This document shows positions 23,900-37,573 of a stretch of DNA of 64,000 nucleotides, piece after piece. The position numbers and the translations under genes are program-made. Source of the stretch: Selaginella moellendorffii (lineage: Eukaryota > Plantae > Lycopodiophyta); contig NW_003314418.1 of assembly GCF_000143415.4 (NCBI RefSeq), positions 155,375-219,374 on the forward strand, read 5' to 3'. The stretch's first letter is position 1. Each line of letters starts with the position of its first letter. The notes under the pieces are model-generated. The model was not told where the DNA came from and ran no database searches. It was given only the letters and a program-made list of their open reading frames with translations.

Positions 23900-26800
23900 A
23901 ACTTAATTGAATCCACATATCATTCTTGGGATGATGCTCGATGTTTGTGTGAGTTTCCCACGTGTTTCCAAGGGATGGCGTTACAGTGGTACAATGGTTT
24001 GAGCACAGTCATTTATGGGGATTGGAATGTTCTCCTGAACATCTTCAAATGCACCTTCGCACATGCCGACGATTGTGATGATGCCTTCCAACAATTGCAT
24101 CGTCTTCGCCAAGGGCCATCTAAGTCGGTGATGCAATTTGGCATTCGTTTTCAAAGCCTTTTGCTTTGTGCGAAGCCAAATATATCGGAGCGGATCAAGC
24201 TAGGAATGTTGTGGTTAGCACTTCGTCAAAATCTTGTTGAACTTGTGCATGCACTTGCTCTTGCCACCCTTGACGATGCTTTTTGCTTGGCACAACATTA
24301 TGAGACGTCACCTCTTCCACTTCTCGCTACACGTCCTTCAACTCCACTTTCTATGAGTGATGGTCCTGTTCCAATGGAGGTTGATGCTACAGCTACTCAA
24401 GTCCAAGGACAAGGGTGAGGATGTGGTCATGGTCGTGGTGTTTGCTGCTGGGTGTGTGATGAAGTTGATCATACTTATCGGCATTGTCGACATTTTCCGG
24501 ATTGGCAACCTCCATTTCTTGGGTGGAGACCTTGGCATCAGCAACGTCCCATTGGTGCTGCTGTAGTGGATGGTCTAGACACTGAGATGCATCCGGGAAA
24601 TGAGGAGTCATGCGAGTAATGGAGGGACCTTGCGCAAATAAATCAGTGACCCCTCCATCTTTCTTTCGGGAGTATCATCAAGGGGTTCACTTGGCACCGG
24701 TTCATCCAATGTTTACTTTCCAAGCTTGTTTTTATGACAAAAGGTCTTCTATTATTTTCTCCGTGTTGGTTAATACATGTTCGAATTTATCTTCTATTGC
24801 TTGACCGGTTGCCATACGTTGTTGTCTACACTTGCATCATGCAGCGGAACTAGTTTTCATTCTTTATGGCAACAGCCGTACACATGCATATGCACGAGAT
24901 GAGGCAAACTTGGTTGTGCGTGTGGGCGATCTCGAACTTGAGTTGCAGTCATTGTGGGTGGTGCCAAGTCAAGTTTTTGACTTCATTTTTGGTATGGATT
25001 GGTTGTAGTGCAATCATGCTAAGTGTAACTTCGAGGCTTCTCCCCCTTGTCTCATACTTATGTTTCATTCATTCCTCTCACTTCCGTACCTTTTCATCCC
25101 TTTACTTCTACCTCTACTTCCATTAATTTTGTTCCCCCACTATTTCCTTTTATATTTCCATTTTGTTCTGCTCTTCCCTTTTCTGATCCCTCCAACAATC
25201 TTTGTGTTGTAGTGGTTGACCAGCTCATGAAGGAGTATTCTGATCTCTTTGAATTTGACCTATCGTCTGGGGCCAAGATTGCCACATGTCATCTGATTCC
25301 AACCAAGGATGCTCGTCCAATCAAGGTTTCGGTTCGTCGTCGGTCACCCAAGGAGATCAAAATTTTACATGCAAATGTCAAGGAGATGTTAGAGAAGAGT
25401 GTTATTTGGAAGTTGCGGAGTCTTTAGGCATATGAACATTATCTTGTGATGAAGCCTGATGGGAGTATTTGTTTCTGCATCGACTATCATCCATTAAACG
25501 AAGTGATGATCCCAGATGTGTACCCTCTTCCTCACATTGCTGATCTTTTGGATCATCTAGGGTGAAGTCGCTCATTGGAGCAAGCTAGATCTTGTTTTTG
25601 GGTACTGGCAAGTACTAATGGCCGAAGAAGATATTCCTAAAACTGCTTTTCGTACACCATTTGGTTTGTACAAGTTCTTGGTGATGCCATTTGGTTTGAA
25701 CAATGCTCTAGCAACTTCTAGCGGATGATGGATGAAGTTCTTTGTGATATGCCAGAGGTGGTTGCTGACTTTATTGATGATGTCTTGATCCACTCAGAGG
25801 GGATGTGGGAGGAGCACGTTCGTGATGTTTGTAAAGTGTTGGATCGGCTACATAATGTTGGTTTAAAGCTGAAGCAGTTGAAGTGCATATTTGGGTCCAA
25901 GGACACAATTTATCTTGGGTACCATATTTCACGTGAAGGTTTGCAAGTTGATCCTAACAAACTTGTGGCTATTCTAAAGTTCCCTTCTCCGAAGTGTGTG
26001 AATACTCTGCAACGCTTCTTGGGCAAGATGCGGTATCTCGGTCGTTTTGTGGATCATCTTTCTGATCACACTGCACCATTGTGAGCGTTCCTAAAGTCAT
26101 TAACATCATCTTTCAACTAGTCTCCAAATTGTGAGCGGGCATTCATGGATCTCAAAGAGCTATTGACGACTCCTCCAATTTTGGCATATCCCAACTACAC
26201 TCAACCATTTATTTTGCGGGTGGATGCTTTTGACATTGGTTTTGGAGGTGTGTTGATGCAAGAGAGCTCAAATGTGCTTAGTCAGCACCATCCCATTGCG
26301 TATATAAGCTGTACATTACAACCAGTGGAGATGAACTACTCCACTATAGAGAAGGAGTGTTTAGCAGAAGTCTGGGGTTTCAAGAAACTTCATGCATATT
26401 TACATGGTTCTCGGACATTACTTGAAGGTGACCATGCTGCTGTTACTTCATTATTGAAGCAGAAGAACCTAATTGGTCGTACTACTTGATGTGCTTTGAA
26501 GCTTCAGATATATGATTTTGATGTTGTTCATCATCAAGGGAGTTCTATGGCTGATGCTGATGCCCTTTTTTGAACTCCTCTTCTTTCTCCACTCTCTTTT
26601 CACATTTCTAACAAGCTTGTTATTCCAGCATCTATGGATTTTCTAGATGAGGATTATATGCCGTCAACGATTGTTGTATTTGACATTCAGTGTCCACAAG
26701 GCGCAAAGCAAGATCTACCTTCTCTTGATAAGGTTTATGAGGTTCAAAAGATTGAGCCGTGGATTCGAAGGCTTTGAGATGGGTTTGAGAATCCTGCATC

Positions 26801-28060
26801 ACTTGCTAATGACTTGCCTTTTTGGCATTTACATTCTCAATATCGCCTTGAAAATGGCCTTCTTTATTTTTTAGGGACTAATACTGATGATCATTTACGG
26901 CTGGTGGTGCCTTTTGTTTTTATTCCACGGTTTCTCTATGCCTACCATGATTCTCCTATTTTAGGTGGGCATATGGGATATTGTCATGTAACCAAGAAAC
27001 TACACAGGTCTTTCTATTAGCCGGAGATGCGACGTGATATTATCTGGTATATGCATAGCTGCATTTGGTGCCAAGCTCGTAATACTCCCCATCGTGCTAC
27101 AGAAGGACGGTTCGAGTTAATTTCAGTTTCCTGTTCATTTGAGTTGTGGCGTTTAATCTTATGTGACCTTTTCCACAATTGACTGCTGGCAATGAGTATG
27201 TTATTATTTCTTCTAACTACTTGACTTGTTAGGTGGAAGTTGGTGCTCTTGCTAGCGCCTCTGCAATTGTTGTTGGATACTTCCTCCTCAATCGAGTGGT
27301 GTTCCAACATTTTTGTTTAGAGTGGATTCTTTCGGATAATGGTCCTGCATTTATGGCTGAGGCATTTCATGTTTTGACATCTCGGTTGGGGATGTGCCAC
27401 ACTTTTATGAGTGCTTATCATTCACAATCAGACGATCTAGTGGAATGGCTCGTTCGGACGTTCAAAGGGATGATCGCGAAGTATGTGAACTTTCAATATT
27501 CAGATTGGGATGGTTATTTGCCGTCTCTTCGATATGCATATATTATAGGGGTGCAGAGTTTTATTGATGCTTCACCATATAAACTCTTATATAGTCATGA
27601 TCCAGTATTAACAATGGAGCTGGGTCTACCTTCACGAGTGCCACGAGCTGCCGATGCTAGGTCTTGGGATCAGTATTTGACAAGCATCCTTCCACTTGTT
27701 TAAGAAGAGTCCACCGAACACTTAGGCCATGTACAGGTCAGACAACAACAGTGCTACAACTCCCATCATCATCCACCTGCAAAGTACAAAGTGGATGACT
27801 TGGTGTTGGTTTGTTTTCCCCACCTTACAGTACATGGTTTATCTCAGGGGCTCCTTGCTCAGTGAAAAGGACCGTATTGGCTGTTGCAGCAAGTGGAACT
27901 ACAAGTTTATGAGGTTTGGCATAATGTCTAGTAGGCTGATCCTCTAGAGATTGTGCATGTGCAGCAATTGAAACACTTTATACAAAGGGATTAGGAGCAG
28001 ATAATACCACCTACAGATTCGCCAATGCCTTCTCCTGATGTTCCTCTAGATTCCGGCCCA
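23900..28060 (+). mobile_element. LTR-less degenerate Ty3/gypsy gag-pol relic (element E)
   Basis: gag (ALQWYNGL..LRQGP), zinc knuckle CWVCDEVDHTYRHC, protease-like VLVNTCSNLS, RT ADFIDDVLIHS, RNaseH VDAFDIGFGGVL..EKECLA, integrase ILSDNGPAF. Many stops; no LTRs found. Confidence 0.9.
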
Positions 28061-31000
28061 TCTGTCACTGCATGCACTTAACTATAGGTAGTCTTCAGTT
28101 CTTCAATATAATCTACTAGCTAAAAGATATCGATACACTCAATATACAAAAATAAACCACACTCTACACAAATTAAATAAAAAATGCTCTTCATGGGGCA
28201 ATGCGGCCAGAAGCCTCAGGGCACCAGTTTCATGCAGAACACTTTCGCAAATGACTCTCGCCCGGGGCCCATGCACAGGAGTCCTCATGCGGTGGTGAAA
28301 CCTCACAAGGCCTCACGTACTTATATTCACCTTGGGCTTCTGGCTGCTCTGCAACATACCTTACCACACCAAACTCTTCGCACATGAAGCCATACATGGA
28401 GGAAAAAACCACGTGAGGCGTCACGTGCTTACATTCAGTCCTTATATGTGTTCTTGGCCTCGCTCAGTTCATCTCCTTTGTTGTCCACCTGCGCTTCTTT
28501 ACTTCATGTTTTTGCTTGCATGCTTCGATTGACATCTTCAGATTTTCAAGTGAACGATTGTGGCATACCGTGGCTACGTTTTTTGGCAGATCTTGGAGGT
28601 GCTGAAAGTGGCATTAAGTTCGTGGAAGATTGATCTTGATTTGGATTGTATGGATCTCTATAAATTTTGAAACTTGAGTTTATTTTTCTTCTTTTTCTTC
28701 TGTGTTGCCAAAATAACTGGTGTCAAACTTGCTTTTGCAGACTATCTCTAGTACTTCTGGATGTGATCAAGGCCTGCTGCTCATTGCTTCAAAGGAGGAG
28801 ATGATAATTGATCCCCAAAGAGCGAGCTCGATGGTTTTGTTGCTTCCATCAAGTTATCGTTCCGCTGCAATCTGAAACACCACATCGTCCACTGTACTTT
28901 CACAGGTTTCGAGACAGGTACCTGGGAAAGGTGTATTCCATTGTTGTTCCTCAGGAGCTGGACTTGTTTTGCCGCCTCAAGTGTGAGCTGATCAAGATGA
29001 GGGAGAAGCTTGCAATGGTGGAGGCGTGGGATTGAGCAAGGTTGCAGATGCAGTATGAAGATGATTTCTTCTACAACTATGATGAGTGGGACAGCTTTGT
29101 GGATCTTTCCACATTGAGAACATTGAGCAGAGAGTGTTGTAGCATAAGTTATCTCCTGGAGAAATGGTCCTGGCTCAAGGAGCAGTTTGCACGCATCCGC
29201 ACGTCAAGATTGTTGGAGAGCTCAACTGGAAGATGGAAAAAGGCCAAGGTGACTCATGGGGTTTCAAAACCTTCACTCGGCTTGGTAAGGTTTGTGAGTT
29301 TGAAGAGACAATCGCAAAAAGAAAAAAAGGGGGGGACATCTAGACGTGAAGCGTGCTAGCTCTCCTGAATGGCTTCAAAGAGGTGAGGTGTCTTAAAGAG
29401 GAGATGATAGAGCTGAGCATGGAGCTGAACTTGGCTTGTGCTCCTTCTTGTAAGAGCTAACTAGCTAGCAAAAACAGAGGAGACGGTTAAGAGGATGCCT
29501 CTTGAACTCCAAGAGAACAACAGACCTTTTTTCTTAAAGGGGGGAGAAGCTGCTAGCAGCTCAGAAGTGGGAGCGGTGGAGCAAGAGGTTAGGGCTGATG
29601 TCATCCCTGTGCGCCAAGACTGCTGGGTGGTTCGGAGCTTGGTTAAAGTAGGCAACCGGGTGGAGGCAGGGGGTTGGGAGCAATCCGAGGCTTGAGGTAT
29701 GACTTGTCTTTTCTACCTGGTGGAACTCCATCCGAGCATTCCTACTTCCCTCTTTTAAGCTGCTACATCACGTTTTTACTCTTAGCTCGTGTTAACTCTT
29801 AACTCACATTTATACTCTAATTTCACAATAACTCGCATTTTCACTCTAATTAATTCTTTTTTTTCCTTCCTCTAACTTACCTGGGCCATAAAACTTACTC
29901 CCTCATATCCCTAAACCTCAGGATCATATGGAGCATATAAAAAACGTGATGAACACCTCTCACTCTTGATCTTGTGGGATTCATAATATGATAACACCTC
30001 ACTCCTACTCTTGTGGGCTCCATAAATACACATTAAAAATTGTTAATTTATTATTATTAAAAAGTTAGTGTATTCCAATCTTGTTGAGTTTATCTATATC
30101 TACCATAGAATATATGGTAGAATCCTCATCAATCCGTTCACACACAATATCGAGCTAACCGCTTCACATGGATCTTCTCTTGATGTTGTGCATTGAGTGT
30201 CACCACATTTGTGGACCAACTTGTTGGACGATGTGATAAGGACTTATGCAGCAAAAACCTTGGATCTGCAACACCTGATCACCAACACTTGATCACCAAC
30301 AACTTATGTAGAAACTTTAGAAACTCCAGCAGGTGCAAAGTCCGGGCAAAAGTAGAGTGGAATTCAGTTATTCGGAATGTGCCACACCCAGGAATTCAAT
30401 CCAAAGCTCTTCTCTTCAAAGTTCTTGTGTCAGGTTTATATCCACGAAACCAGAGCTGGCACCTCCTCTTCAGAGCTCAGCTGTAGAAGATCTTGCCTAG
30501 ACAGGGTGGTAACTAGAAACAAGGAATCGATTGGCACTGCTCCTCTCAACACAAAGAAGGTCCAGGATGGAATAGCAAAAGAGATGTTGAAGATATGGAA
30601 GTCACTCCTACCCAGGTTATGTCAGAAAGAACCAGACCATCTGACAGAGGCATTAGCTGATCGCTTGTTCTTCAATGTAGCGCATAAGAACAGTAATCAA
30701 CAGTATATAGGTGACTGTTCAGCTCCAGCCTTGGGTAGAGGTCTTTGGCCTAGGTGGCATAGGAATGTGGGAGCTTCAAAGACTTATTGGATCTACAAAG
30801 AGCTAGCAAGCCATCATGTACAGCAAAGTTCTTGTTGGGATCTTATTTTTCTTCCTCAGCAGTGGACAAGGCATGATACAATGAAAAAGGTAAAGTCAGG
30901 TATTTGTTTAACGTTCACTTGGAGCAAACCCTGCTCATTGGATGGCCTCATGACAACCCACTACAACCCAGGATGAAAACTCCACATCAAAGCTTAAGGC

Positions 31001-33239
31001 AGCATCGCTTGTGATTGCCTTCTTCTTGCTTTACAAACTGAAGTTATCGAGGTTTGTGATTGGATAATGCTTGATGGTGCTGAGACTCAAATCATCTTTG
31101 TTATGGAAACAACCCCATCACCTCAAGGTATTGTTTTTTATCCCTATAACAGTGGTGCACTGTTTCCATGTATAATTCCTGAGGAGGTCCTAGTTCCCAG
31201 GATGGCCTTCGGTAAAAGGATCAGGACAATACATCAGAGAGGGAAATACACTGAACTGGATCCTAAGGTTCAACTGGGAGAATGCTCTGCAATACACTAG
31301 TTTGGGGAGTACCTAAATCTGATCTTATATAGGATTTGGCTCAGTTATCCTGGGAAGGTAATGAGTTTTGTCGGTGTTATGTTCCAGGTGAAGTTCACTG
31401 AAAAATAATTTAAGGAAGAAAACCAACTTACTATCAATCTTGTGAGACATTGCAAATTCCCTCTTGAACTTGTAGCCTCCCTTAGTACCAGGAGTTGGTC
31501 TCTGGGTGTAGCGCACGTGGTTTTGACCCTTTATCCTATGGTGATTTACCATAGGATAACACCATGAAGCGGAATCTAAACCCTCTTTGTGCCACGTGAC
31601 AGATGCCACGTTTCCATGCCATGTGTCCATAGGAACCCGAGATTCAGGGCCTTGGGCCAATGAACGAAAGAACGGTGCCAAACTCCCAAGCATGGAGCCA
31701 AGGAGTGATGGAACTGAACCACGAAGCAACTCCCGAGCATAAAGCCCAAGGAGCGAAGGGATAGGAGCCCGGAGCGACTTGGAACAGTCCTAGAGTAACC
31801 AGCATCCCAATGCCAGGACCAGCATGCAAAACGAAGCCAAACGGAGTCTGGCGCTATTTTGGCATACCGGTGGCTTAACATGAGGATATGGGTACTCCAC
31901 CAGCTAGCATGGAATGGAACTTGGGTTTAGACCCAAGCTGAACGCAGAACAAGGACAGGCACGCAAGCGGGAGCTAAATTATGCCTCAAGTTGGTTGGCC
32001 ATACTTGACCTACCCACTATCCCTACTATACATTTGAAACCCCCCACAGCCCCCCCCTGCCCCCCCCCCGAGGAACACACGCTTTGGGCTTTCACCCCAA
32101 GCCTCCCTTAGTATCAGGAGTTAGTCTCTGGGACAAGCTTGAAACTTACTAAATATAGAATGTCTTTAGATTGCGAATTTGGACACGGGACGAACACCAT
32201 TGTGTTTAGGACAATCTCTACATTCCGTAGATATGCCAAATGAGTAAATCTGGACACTTTCCATAAATAGCATTTGGGACCAAAATGAGACTAACACAAA
32301 GGGCATGATAGCGAGGGTGTTTGGCAGACACGGTAAGCTATCATGTAGCAATATTGAGGGACTAATCTCAATACGCGAGGGTTCTTGTCAAGCTAGTGCA
32401 AGACAGAGCAAAAGAGAACTAACAAGCCAGGCCAAATATGCTTAGCTAAATAGACACTTAGGAATTCCTTCCTTATGCTCATTCGGCTAAGTACAGATGT
32501 TAAGCCTAATTTACTAACACTTGGACAAGAGGGGCTAATAAAGGGAATCAGCAGTACCAACCTCCTGCCATCGTGGCAGTAAAGAAAGAGTGTCCATAAA
32601 GATTTGCCAATAAGTATCTTTCAATACCCAAAGTCACATTCATGACACTCTCCCCCCTTAAGGAAGATCGATGTCCTTGTTGATGCATACCCGAAACAAC
32701 TCCAAAAGTTAATAGAAAGCACACTATGTGGGAAACACACCAACTTAAATGAGTTATGGAGTGACCTCTCCTCTACGTCCAAAGACGTTAAGACTCAAAC
32801 ACCCTCCGACCGTCACCAACAAAGAAATGACTAACAAAGTTAACCACCCTTGCTGCTCTAAGTACCACTTGGCTTACAAAGGAATGATACATCCTTGCCC
32901 ACAGGGACATAGGGAAAAGGCCAGAGGCCCAACTTAGGGTTATGTAAACAGCTTACTTTGCCAGTTTATAATAGTTGTCTAAATCTTCCTGACGGGGTTG
33001 ATTTCTTGCTCAGGCCTTTTTGAAAGTGAGTCATCGAGAGAGAGGTAGGGACTTGTGATCAGTTTATAATAGTTATCCCGATGGTTATGGATTGGACCAT
33101 GCACCGAAGTGCCGAAGTCAACCTGCCAAAACTGACCCAAGTAGTAACGAACGAGAGAAACGACAGTTTGATTTATAAAAATATATTACTTTATTAATTT
33201 GCAAGATTTATTACAAGATTTACAAAATCTAAGCTTTAT

Positions 33240-36200
33240 TACAATTCTCATACTCCATGACAAGCTCACAAGCATGTGTAAGATTCCTAATAGGCTCCTA
33301 AGTTGATTCACAAGATGGGTAATCTTTCCACTTAACTAGATACTCTCAATGTTTGGCACGTTTAAGCCAGCATGTACCCAAAATAGCTTCCACTTCATAT
33401 TCAGGTTCACCATCCACAACTTCTAGTGGTGGACAAATCTCCGCTTGACATGCATCATCTATAGTGTATGGAGCCAAGAGATTAGCATGAAATACATTAT
33501 GATCATTGGACATCTCCACAGGAAGATCCAACTGATAGGATATATTACCAATGCGCCTCAACACCTGATAAGGTCCAACATATCTCGGTAACAGCTTCCG
33601 AGATAAAGATCCCTTAATGTTCAAGTTCCGGGAAGATAGCCACACCTAATCTCCCACTTGATAGGATACATCCCGATGATGCTGATCCTTATCATGTCGA
33701 TACCTATCCTGAGCTTTGCCAATCACCTTAGTAGCCCTAGACCAACCTTGGTGTAGCTGCTCTACATAAGTCTCAACAGCCAGGACCAACACTTCGGACA
33801 TTGGTTTCGGTACAACAATCTGTTGAGGAACCCCACGAGCATTCCCTTGCAGCATCTCCCATGGAGAATAGCCTATAGCGCTGTGAAATGTGTTGTTATA
33901 ACAGATTTCTACTGTGTCTAAATGCTCAACCCAGTCGTGTTGGTCCGCCACGACAAAGTACTACAGAGAATCCTCAACTTGAGCATTCATGCATTCAGTC
34001 TACCCATCAGTTTGAGGATGATAAGCCATACTAAACTTCAACTTGGTACCAAAAAACTGGAACAGTGTGCCCCAAAACTTCCCCGTAAACCTCGAATCTC
34101 TATCCGAGATCATCTCTTTAGGAAGACCACGAACCTGCAGTACTTCATGGAAAAAGAGCTTTGCTACTTATTTCGCATTCACTGTTCCCACAGTTGGAAT
34201 AAAGTGTGCATTCTTTGACAATCGATCCACAACCACCATCAAAGTATCATAACTTTTAGATTTCGGCAAACAAGTGACAAAATCAAGTGTCACACTTTGA
34301 AATGGCCATGCCAGTGCTGGAATGCATTGCAACTTTCCAACCTGCTTCTCAGCTCTGCGCTTACATTGCTGGCATATAGGGCAAGAATGACATAGTCCGC
34401 TACATCACCTTCCATACCAGACCAAAAAATCCCTTTTTCAACGAAGCTAGAGTCTTTCGCTGTCCACCATGTCCCACTGCTGGAACATCATGATGTTCCT
34501 GTAGAAAAAACTGTTGCAGATCCTTAGAGGGAAGATACAATCTTTTCTTGCTTATAGAATATATGCCCATCCTGAACTGAGTAGTGAAGCTTCACATTGG
34601 TTCGACTAGCAACTTTCACTGCTTTGCTACTAGGGTTCTGCTTCGACAACTCTGCCCGGTGTAAGATTGCTTTCACCAATGGATCACTTCCATACGAAGC
34701 CCAAACATCCTCTAACTAGTCCAAACTGATTGCTGATATTGCCCAGAATTGAGCCTGAGTCTTTATTAGGTTTATATATGGTTTCAATATCATATCTAAC
34801 AAGATTCTCTTGCCAATGAGCCTACTTCAGCGTAAGCTTAGGCTATGTAGCAAAATAGCTCAATGTGTTACTATTTGTATAAACGTTGGTATGTCCACCC
34901 AAGTAATGTCTCCAGTGTTCCAAGGCCAACAATATAGCAAACATCTCTTTCTCATGTGTTGGCCATCTTCATTGAGTTTCATCCAATTTCTTGGAACAGA
35001 ACACAACAAGACAACCATGTCGCCTTAGTGTAACACCAACCCCTTTGTCACAATCCTGCTGCAACACGGCACTAATAGCATAGCTTGATGCATCACAATG
35101 CACTTCGAAGGGTTTATCAAGATCTGGGATCCTAAGAACAGGAACCGTAGTCAATATCTCCTTCAATCATACAAAAGCACACTGACAAGCTAGTGTCCAA
35201 TGAAACAGAATACTACTCTTCATCAACTCAGTCAATGGAAGAGCAATTCTTGCAAAAATGTGGACAAACTTACAATAGTATCCCGCCAAACTGAGAAAGG
35301 AACGAACATCTGATACAGTGGTCGGGACTTCCCAGGATCTCACTGCTTCCACCTTCTTTGGATCGACCTCAATTATGCCACCACCAACTATATGTTCGAG
35401 AAAGTTTATGCGCAATTGTCCAAAAGTGCATTTACTTTCCTTAGCATACAGTTTGTGTTCGTGCAACTTCTAAAACACCAACTCCAAGTGTTTCAAATGA
35501 TTCTCCAACATTTCACGTAAGACTAGAATATTGTCGATATACAGGACAAAAAATGCATCCAAATAATCTCCGAATATTCTATCCATCATAGTGCTGAACG
35601 TTGCTGGAGCATTGCATAACCCGAACGGCATGACAAGGAACTCATAAGATCTGTACTGAGTCTTAAAGGCTGTCTTCTCTACATCCTGATCCGCCACCCG
35701 TATCTGATGATACCCGGACCGCAAATCAAGTCGCGTAAAATACTTAGCCTTTAAGAGTTGGTCAAACAAGTTATCAATGCGAAGTAAAGGATAACTATTC
35801 TTGAATGTGATTTTGTTGAGTGCCTGATAGTCGATACACATCCTCATTGTTCCATCCTTTTTCATAACAAAAAGGAAGGGCGTTCCATAAGGTGACTTGC
35901 TTGGTTGGATATGACTTTTGTCAAGAAGCTCTGTGAGTTGCTTCTTGAGTTCAGCCATCTCTTTGATGTTCAATCGATATGGAGCTTTTGTAGGTGGTTT
36001 AGAACCCAGAATAACCTCAATTCGATGATCAACCTCACAGCTAAGAGGTAGCCTTGGCAGCAAATCCTTCGGGAAGATATCCTGATTCCTCACCAACAAC
36101 TTCAATATCTTCTTTGGTACAGAATCAACCCCGTCGCTGATTCAAATTGAGCCACCAACACTCTCAACTTCCATCACTTGAACCCAAAAGGTCTAGCATC

Positions 36201-37573
36201 TCTTCCTAGCTACTTTTTGAGCAGCCCTCGCAGTCAGGAACTTTGCATCCCAATCCTTTGAGGAACACTTTTGCAACTGGAAAGACACATCGGGACGTCC
36301 TTTGGACTTCAACGTAATATGACTTTGTCCAGCACCATAAATCCCTTTAATATATTTGTTAAAGAAATCCATACCAAACACCATCTGAAAATCTAGTATC
36401 TTCAACACTACCAAGTCCACTCTTTCTTTCCACTTGGATATTTTTATTAGAATATCACTCACAAATTTTCTGGCTACTTGCCCACCTTCTGCAAACTGAA
36501 AGTGCATAGGCGACATTTGCTTAGCTTTCAATCCTAACAACTTAACTAAGTCTTCGGATATCAGACTGTGTGTAGCTCCCGTATTAATCATCACTCGGAT
36601 TCAATGTTCACGGACAAAGCCTACTAGATACACCAACGGATCAGTGTTTGTATTGACTGTGAGAAAAATTTGAGGAAAGCAACAAAAGTAACTCACCCCT
36701 TCTTCCTCATACTCTACATTGACCAATTCGTTAACCCCTTCAGCTTCACCACCACCGTCTTCCCTCATGACATTAACATAAGACCTTATTTTATGCTTGT
36801 TGGGACATTCCGAGGACCTATGTCCTAACTCTCCACAATGGAAGCAATGACCCACACTACCTATTCCATTAGGAGTAGGTTTTGCAAGTTGCTGCTACTT
36901 GTACCCACCAGGAGGAGGAATAGAGGGCCTAGGACCAAAAGAAGTTGCTGGTGGTCTCCAACCACCACCACCTTTGTTAACCATTGCTTGTGAGGCTCTA
37001 GGGCAAAACCTGCCTTCCACCCTCTGTTTCCGGTCACCTTATTTGTTCCTAGAATTTTTATTCTTATCCGAGTTACCAGCATATAGTTGCTGATATTGTT
37101 CCATGAGTAAGTGACTAAAGGCAACTTGCTGCGCTGCCTCCTTACACTCCAAGTATGTCTTCGGCTTAAACTTCAAAATCTCATTGTAAGAAAGAGAAGT
37201 TAAACCCTCTAGAAAATAACTCCGAGCATCTTCGTCACTCATATTTGCAATCATAATGCACTTATGAGCAAACACATTAACGTAATGCATAAGATCCCCT
37301 CGTTGCTTTAACCGCCGCAGCTCTTTGTGAAGTCTTAGACCAAGATCATCCGGCAAGTATTCCTTATGGATACGAGACCGCATCTTGGTCCAACTTCTAG
37401 TCTGCTCTTTTTCAGCACACACCTGGCACCACCAAGTTTTGGCATGATTAGTGAGATTGCACGCACGCAACTTTTATACGATCATCTATATCTGCCACTA
37501 TGAAATAATTTTCCATATCTTAAACCTAGTCTTCCAAAACTTGATAGTCCCTCATGCCTCTGAAGTTGGGTGG
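33240..37573 (-). pseudogene. gag-pol of element B with C-terminal chromodomain
   Basis: ORF fragments 37039-37470, 36601-36855, 36193-36594, 35470-36105, 35167-35466, 33646-33951 and 33346-33645, separated by stops. Confidence 0.9.
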
